NCBI GenBank assembly: GCA_052387475.1
Contig: JBQTJD010000018.1
Coordinates: 1-37,723 of the forward strand
DNA length: 37,723 nt
Origin: Anaerolineales bacterium
GTDB taxonomy: Bacteria > Chloroflexota > Anaerolineae > Anaerolineales > UBA6663
Direction: 5' to 3'
The notes under the pieces were generated by a model. That model ran no database searches and had not been told where the DNA came from. It saw only the letters and a list, made by a program, of their open reading frames with translations. Each line of letters opens with the position of its first letter. The first letter of the stretch is position 1. Position numbers and translations under genes: made by a program. Positions 15,938 to 24,701 of this stretch are shown in pieces.

Positions 15938-15959
15938 CACACCTCCGTAAAGTGTGTCT

Positions 15960-17063
15960 CTACCGAAAAACCCACGTCTGCGCGGTGGCGATGATATCCT
16001 GGTCATAGCCACCGGCGATGAGCACCCGCCCATCGGCGAGCAAGGTGGCGGTGGAAAAGTAGTAGGCCGCGTCGAGCGAGTCACCCACACTAAACCGGCC
16101 GGCGTTGAACAGTTCCAGCCAGGGGCTGCCGCCGCTCACCAGCACCCGGCCATCCGGCAGTAGCACCGTCGCGTCGGCGAGCTTGAAGCGCTCATTGCTG
16201 AGGTCCGGCCCAGGCGCAAACGTCTGCGTTGCCGGATCGAACAACTCGGTGCTGATGTACTTGCCTCGCCAATCCCGATCATCCGAACCGCCGATGATCA
16301 GCACACGCCCATCCGGCAACAAGATGGCGGCGTGTTTGCGGCGCGCAGTGGTTAAGTCGCCCACACGTGTGAACGTGTTCGTTGCCGGTTCGAATATCTC
16401 CGCACTAGCAAGCACACGATCATTCTCCGCCGTGCCGCCGGCGAGCAACACGCGCCCATCGCTCAACTGTGTGGCGGTGTTCCCTTCGCGCGGCTCGCCG
16501 AGTGCGGCGATGGCCGTGAACACGCCGCTGGTCGGCTCATACACTTCCGCATTGGGTACCAACACGTTGCGCGTCTGCGATCCGCCGGCGAGCAACACAC
16601 GCCCATCATTCAACAACGTGGCGGTGTGATTGGCGCGGCGCGTGACGAGTGCGCCAGCGGCTGTGAATGTGCCGCTGGTCGGATCGTAAAGTTCGGTGGT
16701 ACTCAAACGTACATCATCGCCCCAGCCACCCACGAGCAACACGCTTCCGTCCGGCAGCCGCGTGGCGGTGTGGCCGTTGCGTGGCTCGGCCATCGCGCCC
16801 GCGAGCATGAAGGTGTCGGTCTGGGGATCGTAGAGTTCGGCGCTGGCAAGGGCAAGTTCATCGCCGTGTCCATCGTCTTTGAAGCCGCCGGCTAGCAGCA
16901 CGCGGCCATCAGCGAGTAGCGTGGCGGTGTGCGCGGCGCGCGGTTCGCGCATCGCCAGCCCGGGTACGAGTTCATCGTGATATGTGACGACCGGTGTCGC
17001 TTGTGCACAGGCGGATAGTGCGAGCACACTCGCGATGAAGGACAGATGGTGGGAATGTGACAC
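15960..17063 (-). CDS. Kelch-repeat beta-propeller lipoprotein
   Basis: The GTG start at 17063 follows AGGAG. The lipobox is LALSACAQ. There are six to seven repeats of the type H.AT.L.DGRVLL.GG...........E.YDP....F (LADGRVLLAGG, LPDGSVLLVGG, LNDGRVLLAGG, LSDGRVLLAGG, LPDGRVLIIGG, LPDGRVLVSGG, LADGRVLIAGG). Confidence 0.8.
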   Translation of the reverse strand: MSHSHHLSFIASVLALSACAQATPVVTYHDELVPGLAMREPRAAHTATLLADGRVLLAGGFKDDGHGDELALASAELYDPQTDTFMLAGAMAEPRNGHTATRLPDGSVLLVGGWGDDVRLSTTELYDPTSGTFTAAGALVTRRANHTATLLNDGRVLLAGGSQTRNVLVPNAEVYEPTSGVFTAIAALGEPREGNTATQLSDGRVLLAGGTAENDRVLASAEIFEPATNTFTRVGDLTTARRKHAAILLPDGRVLIIGGSDDRDWRGKYISTELFDPATQTFAPGPDLSNERFKLADATVLLPDGRVLVSGGSPWLELFNAGRFSVGDSLDAAYYFSTATLLADGRVLIAGGYDQDIIATAQTWVFR

Positions 17064-17071
17064 GGTGTCCG

Positions 17072-18259
17072 CTACTCCTGCGCGGTGAACGTCACTTTGA
17101 GAAGAACGTCATCTTCCACTTTGACGAAGCCCAACAAATTGGGCGGCTCAATGCCGAAATCCGTCATGCGGATCGTGCCCTCGGCGCTACCCGTCAGCGT
17201 GTCGCCCAGCAGCCGGGCGCGGACGTCGAACGTCGTGGAGCGCGTCACGTCGCGAATGGTCATGTCGCCGATGAGTCGAAACACAGCCTCTGCCCCTTCG
17301 GTGTATTGCGCCGGCGCGTTCGCAATCGCGGTGGAGGTGAAATACGCGAACGGGTAGTCGTTGGTCACCAGCCAGTCGTCGGCCAGCTTTTCATCCCGCT
17401 GCGGGTCGTCGGTTTTCAGGCCGCGCAAGTCCACCGTCATCGTCAGCACCTGCGCCGATACGTTGTCCATGTCTACCTGCAACTCCCCCTCGATCAGAGA
17501 TGTCACGCCCACGGCGGTAACCATCGAGGCGAAATCGGCAAACTTTTCGCTGATCTGGTAGCTGGCTTCGCTTTGTTCGGGCACGATTTGGAAATGACGC
17601 GGGCCGTCCGCTTGTGGAAGGAGCGAAGCCGCGGGGGCGATGTCGGTGAGCACGATATCGCCAATCGCCGCACCCTCTACCGGCGTGAGGGCGACCAGTC
17701 CTGAATTCACCAGGTCGCCAAAGAGATAGGGGTCATCTCGGAATACAAACTCGGTCATTCGCCCGCCTGTCGCATGCAGGATGTTGATATGGATGTGGGC
17801 GGGTGGCGGATCGGCCTCGCCCGCATAGTGGCCGGGCCGCACGGTGATGATTTGAAATTGCCCGGCGGCATCCGTCGTGACATCGCCCTGAAAGTAGCAG
17901 CACTGCATCTGATCGGAGCCGTGGCCGGGGCCATACACGCCATCGGCATCGGTCTGCCACAGCTCCAACGTCACACCTGGCAGCGGCGTGCAATCCTTGG
18001 CATATACCGTCCCGATGATGACTAACGGCTCGCCCTGCGCCGGGCTGGCCGGTAGGCCCGGTGACGGGCCGAGCGTGACCGTGGCCTTGGCTGTTCGCGC
18101 CGTCGTCAGCGGACAGCCGTAATCGCCTAGGACAGCGTTGGCCGGAGTGGCTGCGGGCGCGGCGGTGGCGGGTGTATTTGTCGGCGTGCTTGTCGGCAAG
18201 GAACTGCACGCGCTGAATAACAACGCGAACGCGCAGGTTGGCGCAATTAGAGTTTTCAT
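17072..18259 (-). CDS. Lipoprotein fusing an intradiol-dioxygenase-like domain to a YceI-like domain
   Basis: The lipobox is LLFSACSS. The N-terminal half (GEPLVIIGTVYAKDCTPLPGVTLELWQTDADGVYG...GQFQIITVRPGHYAG...PPAHIHINI) shows the dioxygenase_C-type pattern. The C-terminal half (SEASYQISEKF...LRGLKTDDPQRDEKL...FRLIGDMTIRDVTRSTTFDV...KVTFTAQE) shows the YceI pattern. Confidence 0.7.
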   Translation of the reverse strand: MKTLIAPTCAFALLFSACSSLPTSTPTNTPATAAPAATPANAVLGDYGCPLTTARTAKATVTLGPSPGLPASPAQGEPLVIIGTVYAKDCTPLPGVTLELWQTDADGVYGPGHGSDQMQCCYFQGDVTTDAAGQFQIITVRPGHYAGEADPPPAHIHINILHATGGRMTEFVFRDDPYLFGDLVNSGLVALTPVEGAAIGDIVLTDIAPAASLLPQADGPRHFQIVPEQSEASYQISEKFADFASMVTAVGVTSLIEGELQVDMDNVSAQVLTMTVDLRGLKTDDPQRDEKLADDWLVTNDYPFAYFTSTAIANAPAQYTEGAEAVFRLIGDMTIRDVTRSTTFDVRARLLGDTLTGSAEGTIRMTDFGIEPPNLLGFVKVEDDVLLKVTFTAQE

Positions 18260-19026
18260 TTCAATGACTCCGCAATTGTGACCATCTCCTCCAGCGTGAA
18301 ATCACCTTCGAGCCGATACGTCATCCCGAACAACTCCCAGATCAACGCCGGGCTATCCACCAGCCGCACGGATTTCACCTCGCCGTCGCGCGCAATCAAC
18401 TGGCGTTCGCCCTGCACCCACAGCCCGTAAGTGTTGCCGACGTCCGTGATGTTAATCAATTCATAGCCGTACTTTGTCAGCATTTGCTTTTCAAAGTTCT
18501 TGCCCAGCGGCGGAACCGCCCACGAGCCTGGCCCAATCTCGTGCAGACTCAATCGCACACTGCCGTCCTCATTCATCCACACCAGCACCACCACCGGCGC
18601 GCCCAAATCTTGATAGAAGACGTGCTGCGGCTGGCCGAAGCCATCGGGCAATAGCAGCGTGAAACCGGCTTTGGACTGTGCCGCCTCGAACGTGGTCTCG
18701 CCCGCGAGATCAAGGATGGAGGCGAGCGGCGTCGGCGTGGGCGGCGTAGTGCCGGTGGGCGTTGTCATCGCTGTCGGCTGAATCAAGTTGATGCGGATCG
18801 CCCCGATCTGAATGAACTCAAGCAGGCTCGCCCGCACCTGCGGTACGGCCAGCAGCGCAATGGTTAATAACGCTACCGCGCCGGCGATCTGCCAGCGGCG
18901 TACCGTTGTGGCGACCGTTGGGGCGACCCTTGTGGTCGCCCTCCGCGTCGTAATGCGCGGCGCGGGTGGATATGGAAACTCGTGTGCGATTTCACTCAGC
19001 CGGGTCTCGAAATTCTCTGCGCTCAT
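18256..19026 (-). CDS. Membrane anti-sigma factor candidate with DUF4367-like extracytoplasmic domain
   Basis: It overlaps the sigma gene by ATGA. It has a short cytoplasmic N-terminus, one TM helix (WQIAGAVALLTIALLAV), a Pro/Thr linker and a C-terminal domain ending LIWELFGMTYRLEGDFTLEEMVTIAESL. No zinc-finger HxxxCxxC motif is present. Confidence 0.6.
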   Translation of the reverse strand: MSAENFETRLSEIAHEFPYPPAPRITTRRATTRVAPTVATTVRRWQIAGAVALLTIALLAVPQVRASLLEFIQIGAIRINLIQPTAMTTPTGTTPPTPTPLASILDLAGETTFEAAQSKAGFTLLLPDGFGQPQHVFYQDLGAPVVVLVWMNEDGSVRLSLHEIGPGSWAVPPLGKNFEKQMLTKYGYELINITDVGNTYGLWVQGERQLIARDGEVKSVRLVDSPALIWELFGMTYRLEGDFTLEEMVTIAESLK

Positions 19027-19613
19027 TCTTCCAAACTCTCCCGCAACGAAGGGTACTCGTGCGCCACGATCTCGCGCAGCCGGGCCAGCGCACGGTGGGT
19101 ACGTGACTTCACCGTGCCGGTTGGAATCTCCAACGTACTCGCGGCTTCGGCCTCCGATAATTCCAAGAAGTAGCGCAAGTAGATGATTTCCTGCTCAGTG
19201 GCGTTCAAGCGCCGCACGGCCTGCCACAACGTGTGCGCGGTTGCCTGCGCTTCGGTGCGGGCGCGTAACGCAGCATTGAGGTCTTCACCACGCGACTTTT
19301 CGATAAGATCGGGATCGGACGTGATGAGCCGCCGCAGCGCGTTGAGGTAACGGCCCAGTGAGCGGCGGCGATTGCGGGCCAGGTTGGCCGTGATGCGCAA
19401 CAGCCACGGGCGCAACGGGCGCGAAACGTCGAAACGCTCAAGCGCACGGTACGCGCGGATGAAGGCTTCCTGAGCTACGTCCGCTGCATCGTCCGCATCG
19501 CCCAGAAACAAATAGGCCAACCGGAAGGCGGCGGCTTCATGCGTCCTCATCAAAGCCTCCCAAGCCGAGTCGTCGCCCGCGCGGGCCGCGTTCACCAGCT
19601 CTGCATCCGTCAT
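19023..19613 (-). CDS. ECF-type RNA polymerase sigma-70 family factor
   Basis: Region 2 is AFRLAYLFLGDADDAADVAQEAFIRAY...RPWLLRITANLARNRRR and region 4 is LSEAEAASTLEIPTGTVKSRTHRALARLRE. At 196 aa the size is typical of ECF factors. Confidence 0.85.
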   Translation of the reverse strand: MTDAELVNAARAGDDSAWEALMRTHEAAAFRLAYLFLGDADDAADVAQEAFIRAYRALERFDVSRPLRPWLLRITANLARNRRRSLGRYLNALRRLITSDPDLIEKSRGEDLNAALRARTEAQATAHTLWQAVRRLNATEQEIIYLRYFLELSEAEAASTLEIPTGTVKSRTHRALARLREIVAHEYPSLRESLEE

Positions 19614-19620
19614 TCAATCC

Positions 19621-19650
19621 ACTATACACCGCCCGAAACACCGAAGTTCC
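19621..19650 (-). promoter_or_regulatory. Candidate promoter of the sigma operon, possibly giving a leaderless mRNA
   Basis: On the minus strand, GGAAC (19650-19646) is followed 19 nt later by TATAGT (19626-19621). That box ends 7 nt before the ATG at 19613, and no SD lies in between. Confidence 0.25.
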
Positions 19651-19718
19651 AGCTCGGTGGCTTTGCGTCTTCGCGCGAGAGTCAATTAGAATGACAGCCT
19701 ACCTCTCAAGGAGATTCT

Positions 19719-20936
19719 ATGCGCGTGCTATTGATGGGCGTTGGGGCAGTCGGGGAAGCGATTGCGCTGGCGGCGAAAGACAAGCCCTGGCTCGAGCGGA
19801 TGGTGCTGGCGGATTTCAGCGAGAAGCGCTCCAAATATATTCAGAAGAAACTCGGCGGCAAGCGCAAGAAGCGTTTCCCGACCGAAAAGGTGGACGCTTC
19901 CAACAAAAAGCAGATCGTGGCGCTGGCGAAGAAGCACAACGTGGATTTGATCATGAATGCCGTCGCGCCGAACTTCAACGAAGTGATCTTCAATGCGGCC
20001 TTTGCCGCGCGTTGCGATTACATGGATATGGCCACAACGCTCAGCGAGCCGCATCCAACCGATCCGTTCACCAAGCCCGGAGCACTGCTGGGCGATTATC
20101 AATTCTCGCAGAGTGAGCGCTGGGGCGAGCGCGGGCAACTGGCCCTCATCGGCATGGGCGTAGACCCCGGAGTGTCGGATATCTTCGCCCGATACGCGGC
20201 CAAGCACCTGTTTGACGAGATTGATGAAATTGGTGTGCGCGATGGCGGCAACCTCACCATTCAGGGCTACGCCTTCGCGCCGGGCTTCAGCATTTGGACG
20301 ACGATTGAGGAATGTCTCAATCCGCCGCTGATCTACGATCGCAAGCAGGGCGGCTGGCACACCACCGAGCCATTCTCCGAGCCGGAGGTCTTCGACTTCC
20401 CCGAAGGCATCGGCCCGGTGGAGGTCGTCAACGTCGAGCACGAGGAAGTCGTCCTCATCCCCCGCTACGTGGATTGCAAACGCGTGACGTTCAAGTATGG
20501 GCTGGGCGCGCAGTTCATCGAAATTTTGAAGACCCTGCATGTGCTGGGATTGGACAGCAAAGAGAAACGCGCGGTGGGCGATCAATTTGTATCCCCGCGC
20601 GATGTGGTCGTGGCCTGTCTGCCCAACCCGGCCACGCTTGGTGACAAGATGGTCGGCAAGACGTGCGTGGGTACCTGGGTGAAGGGCAAGCACAAGGGAA
20701 AAGCGCGACAGGTGTACATCTATCAAGTCACCGACAATCAAGAGAGCTGGCGCAAGTATGGCGTACAGGCCATCGCCTGGCAGACGGGCGTGGCGCCGGT
20801 GATCGCGATGGAATTGCTGGCGAAAGGCGAGTGGAGCGGCAGCGGCGTGCACCCGCCCGAGCACTTCGACCCCGACCCGTTCATGTCCAAGATGGCTGAA
20901 TATGATTATGCGTACGGCATGGTGGAGATGAAGTAA
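19719..20936 (+). CDS. Saccharopine dehydrogenase family NAD(P)-binding protein
   Basis: AAGGAG lies upstream. It has an N-terminal Rossmann motif (MRVLLMGVGAVGEAIA) and family-typical segments (VDLIMNAVAPNFN, YMDMA, LIGMGVDPGVSDIF). The specific substrate cannot be called. Confidence 0.7.
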   Translation: MRVLLMGVGAVGEAIALAAKDKPWLERMVLADFSEKRSKYIQKKLGGKRKKRFPTEKVDASNKKQIVALAKKHNVDLIMNAVAPNFNEVIFNAAFAARCDYMDMATTLSEPHPTDPFTKPGALLGDYQFSQSERWGERGQLALIGMGVDPGVSDIFARYAAKHLFDEIDEIGVRDGGNLTIQGYAFAPGFSIWTTIEECLNPPLIYDRKQGGWHTTEPFSEPEVFDFPEGIGPVEVVNVEHEEVVLIPRYVDCKRVTFKYGLGAQFIEILKTLHVLGLDSKEKRAVGDQFVSPRDVVVACLPNPATLGDKMVGKTCVGTWVKGKHKGKARQVYIYQVTDNQESWRKYGVQAIAWQTGVAPVIAMELLAKGEWSGSGVHPPEHFDPDPFMSKMAEYDYAYGMVEMK

Positions 20937-20945
20937 GGAAAAGGG

Positions 20946-21014
20946 CTTAACGCAAAGACGCCGGGAGGCAAGGGCACAAAGTAAAAACACAACCCTTTGC
21001 GACCTTGCGTTAAG
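20946..21014. repeat. Junction palindromic element between the dehydrogenase and MFS genes
   Basis: CTTAACGCAA (20946-20955) and TTGCGTTAAG (21005-21014) are 10/10 complementary, with a nested pair GCAAGGG (20968-20974) / CCCTTTGC (20993-21000). The element fills the stop-to-start gap. Confidence 0.65.
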
Positions 21015-21021
21015 AACATCC

Positions 21022-22218
21022 GTGGCGACACAAACCCCAACTCGAACACAGCCTACTACCTATCTCCTCGGCTACTACGCCGCGCTGGTCAGCATCGGCT
21101 TGCTCGTCGCTTCGCTCGGCCCGACGTTGCAAGGACTGGCCGCGCAGACCGGCAGCACCCTCGCGGGGATCAGCGTGCTCTTCGTCGCACGCTCACTCGG
21201 CTACATTGCCAGCACCTCGGTGATTGGGCGCGTGTACGACCGCGTGCCCGGCCATCCACTCATAGCCGGCGCAGTGTTCGGCATCGCCATTTGCTTGGCC
21301 CTCACGCCTCTAACGCCGTGGCTGGCGTTGCTCGTGGTGATCATGGCCGCTCTCGGCGCGATGGAGGCGATGGTGGACGTGGGCGGCAACACCCTGCTCG
21401 TGTGGACGATTCGTGAGGGCGTCGGGCCGTACATGAACGGCCTGCACTTCGCTTTCGGGGTGGGCGCATTCCTCTCGCCACTCGTCGTCGCGCAGGCGCT
21501 CTTGCTCGATGGTGGGATTACGTGGGGTTATTGGATTCTGGCCGCATTGGTGCTGCCCGCCGCGTTGTTGATTTTGCGCGTCCCCAGCCCAACCGCGCCG
21601 GTGAAATCGGCGCAGGCGGCGAGCAGCGGTCAATCGAATCTCACGCTCGTGCTGCTCATCGCCGCGTTCTTCTTTCTCTACGTCGGCGCAGAGGTGGGCT
21701 TTGGCGGATGGGCGGCGACGTACGCCACCCGCACCGGTTTGGCGGATGCGGCCAGCGCCGCTTATCTCACCTCGGCGTTTTGGGGCGCGCTGACAGCGGG
21801 CCGTTTGCTAGCAATCCCGCTGGCCGCGCGCTTCCGCCCGCGCACCCTGATTGCGGCCAACGTCATCGGCTGTTTGCTGAGCGTGGGGCTGGCGTTGCTG
21901 TGGCAAGGCTCGGCCATGGCGCTGTGGATCGCCGCTCTCGGCCTGGGGCTTTCGATGGCCTCGACTTTTCCGACGATGCTCACATTGGCCGAGCGCCGCC
22001 TACACCTTACCGGCGCGCTGACGAGCACATTCTTTTTTGGTGCCGGGCTGGGCGGGATGTTTGTGCCGTGGCTTATCGGCCAGTTCTTCGAGCGCCTCGG
22101 CCCGCTGATTGTGCTGGTGTTGGTCTTCACCGCGCTGGTAGGGCTGGCGGCCGTGTTCGCGGTGATCGTGCTACTCGCGCCGGGGCCGAGGGTACAAACG
22201 ACTGCTAGTGCTGAATGA
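21022..22218 (+). CDS. MFS transporter
   Basis: It has 12 predicted TM helices and the MFS-like loop motif GRVYDRVPG between TM2 and TM3. The start is GTG 21022. Confidence 0.75.
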   Translation: MATQTPTRTQPTTYLLGYYAALVSIGLLVASLGPTLQGLAAQTGSTLAGISVLFVARSLGYIASTSVIGRVYDRVPGHPLIAGAVFGIAICLALTPLTPWLALLVVIMAALGAMEAMVDVGGNTLLVWTIREGVGPYMNGLHFAFGVGAFLSPLVVAQALLLDGGITWGYWILAALVLPAALLILRVPSPTAPVKSAQAASSGQSNLTLVLLIAAFFFLYVGAEVGFGGWAATYATRTGLADAASAAYLTSAFWGALTAGRLLAIPLAARFRPRTLIAANVIGCLLSVGLALLWQGSAMALWIAALGLGLSMASTFPTMLTLAERRLHLTGALTSTFFFGAGLGGMFVPWLIGQFFERLGPLIVLVLVFTALVGLAAVFAVIVLLAPGPRVQTTASAE

Positions 22219-22960
22219 GCGTGCGCGCCCACTCGGCGTCTGCCTCGCTAAGAGGCGGCGTGGCCGGCTGGGCGTAATCCAGCGTGAGATCGAAACGGAC
22301 GCGTTCGTAGAGTTCATGCAGAATGGTATTGAGTTCCACGTTCGGCTCAACATCATCAGCGAGCAACGGCAAGGGGAAGTCAGGGATGGGCTGGCGCACG
22401 CTGAACGTATACAGTTGCGCGCGCGGGCGCTGCGCACTGCGGCTGATGAGAATGCGATAGTCGCTCGGCGCCGCAGGGGGGATGACGGGCATGGGCTGGC
22501 CGGCCCGCAATAGATCAATCTCCACCAGGTGCGTGCGCGTTTTGAAAATGTGATCGCGCTTGTGCAAGTATTCCTGCCGGCCTGCGCCGAGCTTGTTGAT
22601 TGGCGAAAGCAATTCCAACACGGTAACAACTTCGCCCTGCGCCGCCGTGCGCACTTCCAAGAAGCTCTCTTCAACTTCATCCGTCATGGGGACGGTCACT
22701 TCGATAACGCCGGGCGACTCGTACGGCGGGGCAGCTTCGCGCAGCGTGCGTTCTGATAGTACGGAGGCGTCCGGGCGTCCGACGAAGATCAGATCATCCG
22801 GCGCGAGCCGATACACCCGCCGCTCCAGCCCGATGTAGTAGCGGGGCGCAAGCTTGGGGGCCAGCGTCTCGCGCACGGCGGCGATCAGGCTATTATGCAC
22901 GTCCGGCCACAGCGCGGGGTTTTCGAGATACGGGTCCATGCCCGGGAAGGGTGAGCGCAT
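22205..22960 (-). CDS. DUF4058 family protein
   Basis: The start at ATG 22960 gives MRSPFPGMDPYLENPALWPDVHNSLI...PRYY, the characteristic DUF4058 N-terminus. Its 3' end overlaps the convergent MFS gene by 14 nt. Confidence 0.7.
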   Translation of the reverse strand: MRSPFPGMDPYLENPALWPDVHNSLIAAVRETLAPKLAPRYYIGLERRVYRLAPDDLIFVGRPDASVLSERTLREAAPPYESPGVIEVTVPMTDEVEESFLEVRTAAQGEVVTVLELLSPINKLGAGRQEYLHKRDHIFKTRTHLVEIDLLRAGQPMPVIPPAAPSDYRILISRSAQRPRAQLYTFSVRQPIPDFPLPLLADDVEPNVELNTILHELYERVRFDLTLDYAQPATPPLSEADAEWARTLIQH

Positions 22961-23092
22961 ACCGGGATTGTAAGCGTGGGGGTGGCGCGAGTCAAAGAAT
23001 CTCAGGTGCCCGCATGTGAAACTTTGTCGCTGTAGCAGCCTTAGCATCCGCTAAGAATCAGGCGTCTACCATGCGAAGCTTGTACAAATCGG

Positions 23093-23121
23093 TTCCGTCC
23101 CGCGTACGAAGACGCTACAAT
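23093..23121 (+). promoter_or_regulatory. Candidate sigma-70-type promoter of the carotenoid operon
   Basis: The -35 box is TTCCGT (23093-23098), the spacer is 17 nt, and the -10 box is TACAAT (23116-23121) in the context CGCTACAATGC. It ends 35 nt upstream of the crtI start. Confidence 0.35.
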
Positions 23122-23156
23122 GCCTTCATCCTAAACAGTTGTTCATTGGAGTGCAT

Positions 23157-24701
23157 GTGAAGCGTAAGAAAGTGATCGTCATCGGGAGCGGCTTTGGCGG
23201 GCTGGGCGCAGCGGCGCGGCTGCTGGCGCGCGGCCACGAGGTCGAAATCTTCGAGCGGCGCGACAAGCTCGGCGGGCGCGCGTACGTGTACGAACAAAAC
23301 GGCTTCAAGTTCGATGGCGGCCCGACCGTCATCACCGCGCCGTTCATGTTCGACGACATTTTTACCTTGGCCGGCAAGCGGCGCGAAGATTACTTCACGT
23401 TCGCCCCTCTCACGCCGTACTATCGCATCTTCAATCACGAGAAGCGCGTCTTCGATTACAACGGTGATGAATCGTTCACCCGTGCGCAAATTCAAAAGTG
23501 GAATCCGGCGGACGCCGAAGGCTACAGCCGTTTCATCCAAACCACCAAGGCCATTTTCAACAAAGGCTTTACCGAGCTGGCCGACAAACCCTTTCTGCAC
23601 GTGACCGATATGCTCAAGGTCGCGCCCGACCTCATCCGGCTGCAATCGTACAAGACCGTCTACGACTATGTCTCCGGCTTCGTGCAGGATGAATTTCTGC
23701 GCCGCTGCTTTTCTTTCCACCCGTTGCTCATCGGCGGCAACCCCTTCGATGCTTCCTCCATCTACGCCATGATCCATTACCTCGAGCGCGAGTGGGGTGT
23801 GCATTACGCGATGGGCGGCACCGGCGCAATCGTCGAGGGGCTGGGGCGGTTGATCGGCGAACTGGGCGGGCGCATCCACCTCAACGCGGATGTGAAGGAG
23901 ATCACGGTGGCTGGCGATGGGCGGCGCGTCACCGGCATCCGTTTGGCGGATGGCAGCGTGCATCGCGCCGATGACGTCGTCTCCAATGCCGACGTGGCCT
24001 TCACGTACAAGAGCCTCATCCCACCAGCGCACCGCAAAGGCTGGATCAACTTCCGTGTGGAGACGATGCGCTACAGCATGTCGCTGTTCGTCATTTACTT
24101 CGGCACGAAGCGGCTGTACCGCGAGCAGGGACTGGCGCATCACAACATTATCCTCGGTGAACGGTATCGCGCGCTGCTCGACGACATCTTTGGCAAGAAG
24201 GTGCTGGCCGATGACTTCTCGCTCTACCTGCACATGCCGTCACTCACCGACCCCGGCATCGCGCCGGAGGGCTGCGAGAACTTCTACGTGCTCGCGCCGG
24301 TGCCGCATCTCGGCGCGGATGTTGACTGGACGAAGATGGCGGAGCCGTATAAAAACCGCATCCTGCAATTCCTCGAAGAGCACTATCTGCCAGACTTGCG
24401 CGCGAACATCATTGCCGAGCATCATATTGATCCGTTGCACTTCCGCGACGTGCTCAACAGCCACCTCGGCTCGGCGTTTTCGGTAGAGCCGATCCTCACA
24501 CAGAGCGCGTGGTTCCGCCCGCACAATCGCAGTGAGAATTTCGAGAATCTGTACTTCGTCGGCGCGGGCACACACCCCGGGGCGGGTCTGCCGGGCGTGC
24601 TCGCCTCGGCCAAGATCGCCGACGACCTCATCAGTGGCGGACAGGCCGTGGCTGCGCACATTGCTACTCGAGGGGAGACGCCTCATGCCGTTCCCGCCTG
24701 A
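23157..24701 (+). CDS. crtI: Phytoene desaturase CrtI
   Basis: It has the FAD dinucleotide-binding motif [39 protein letters not shown] and a C-terminal [18 protein letters not shown]. The start is GTG 23157, after TGGAG; TTG 23139 is an alternative. Confidence 0.85.
   Translation: MKRKKVIVIGSGFGGLGAAARLLARGHEVEIFERRDKLGGRAYVYEQNGFKFDGGPTVITAPFMFDDIFTLAGKRREDYFTFAPLTPYYRIFNHEKRVFDYNGDESFTRAQIQKWNPADAEGYSRFIQTTKAIFNKGFTELADKPFLHVTDMLKVAPDLIRLQSYKTVYDYVSGFVQDEFLRRCFSFHPLLIGGNPFDASSIYAMIHYLEREWGVHYAMGGTGAIVEGLGRLIGELGGRIHLNADVKEITVAGDGRRVTGIRLADGSVHRADDVVSNADVAFTYKSLIPPAHRKGWINFRVETMRYSMSLFVIYFGTKRLYREQGLAHHNIILGERYRALLDDIFGKKVLADDFSLYLHMPSLTDPGIAPEGCENFYVLAPVPHLGADVDWTKMAEPYKNRILQFLEEHYLPDLRANIIAEHHIDPLHFRDVLNSHLGSAFSVEPILTQSAWFRPHNRSENFENLYFVGAGTHPGAGLPGVLASAKIADDLISGGQAVAAHIATRGETPHAVPA

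Noticed and set aside
19728-20990. Long antisense ORFs opposite well-supported genes. Examples are 19728-20990 (-), 23115-24233 (-), 32803-34026 (-), 34750-35832 (-), 35839-37044 (-), 28939-29799 (-), 30047-31027 (-), 4-684 (+) and 1069-1830 (+).
   Set aside because: Their translations are Arg/Ala/Gly/His-rich low-complexity sequences without motifs, whereas the opposite strand carries recognisable family motifs. Long shadow ORFs of this kind are expected in GC-rich DNA.
22205-22218. The 14-nt convergent overlap of the MFS and DUF4058 gene ends, considered as a possible antisense regulatory arrangement.
   Set aside because: Short convergent 3' overlaps are common in compact genomes, and there is no hairpin or other signal here to support a specific mechanism.
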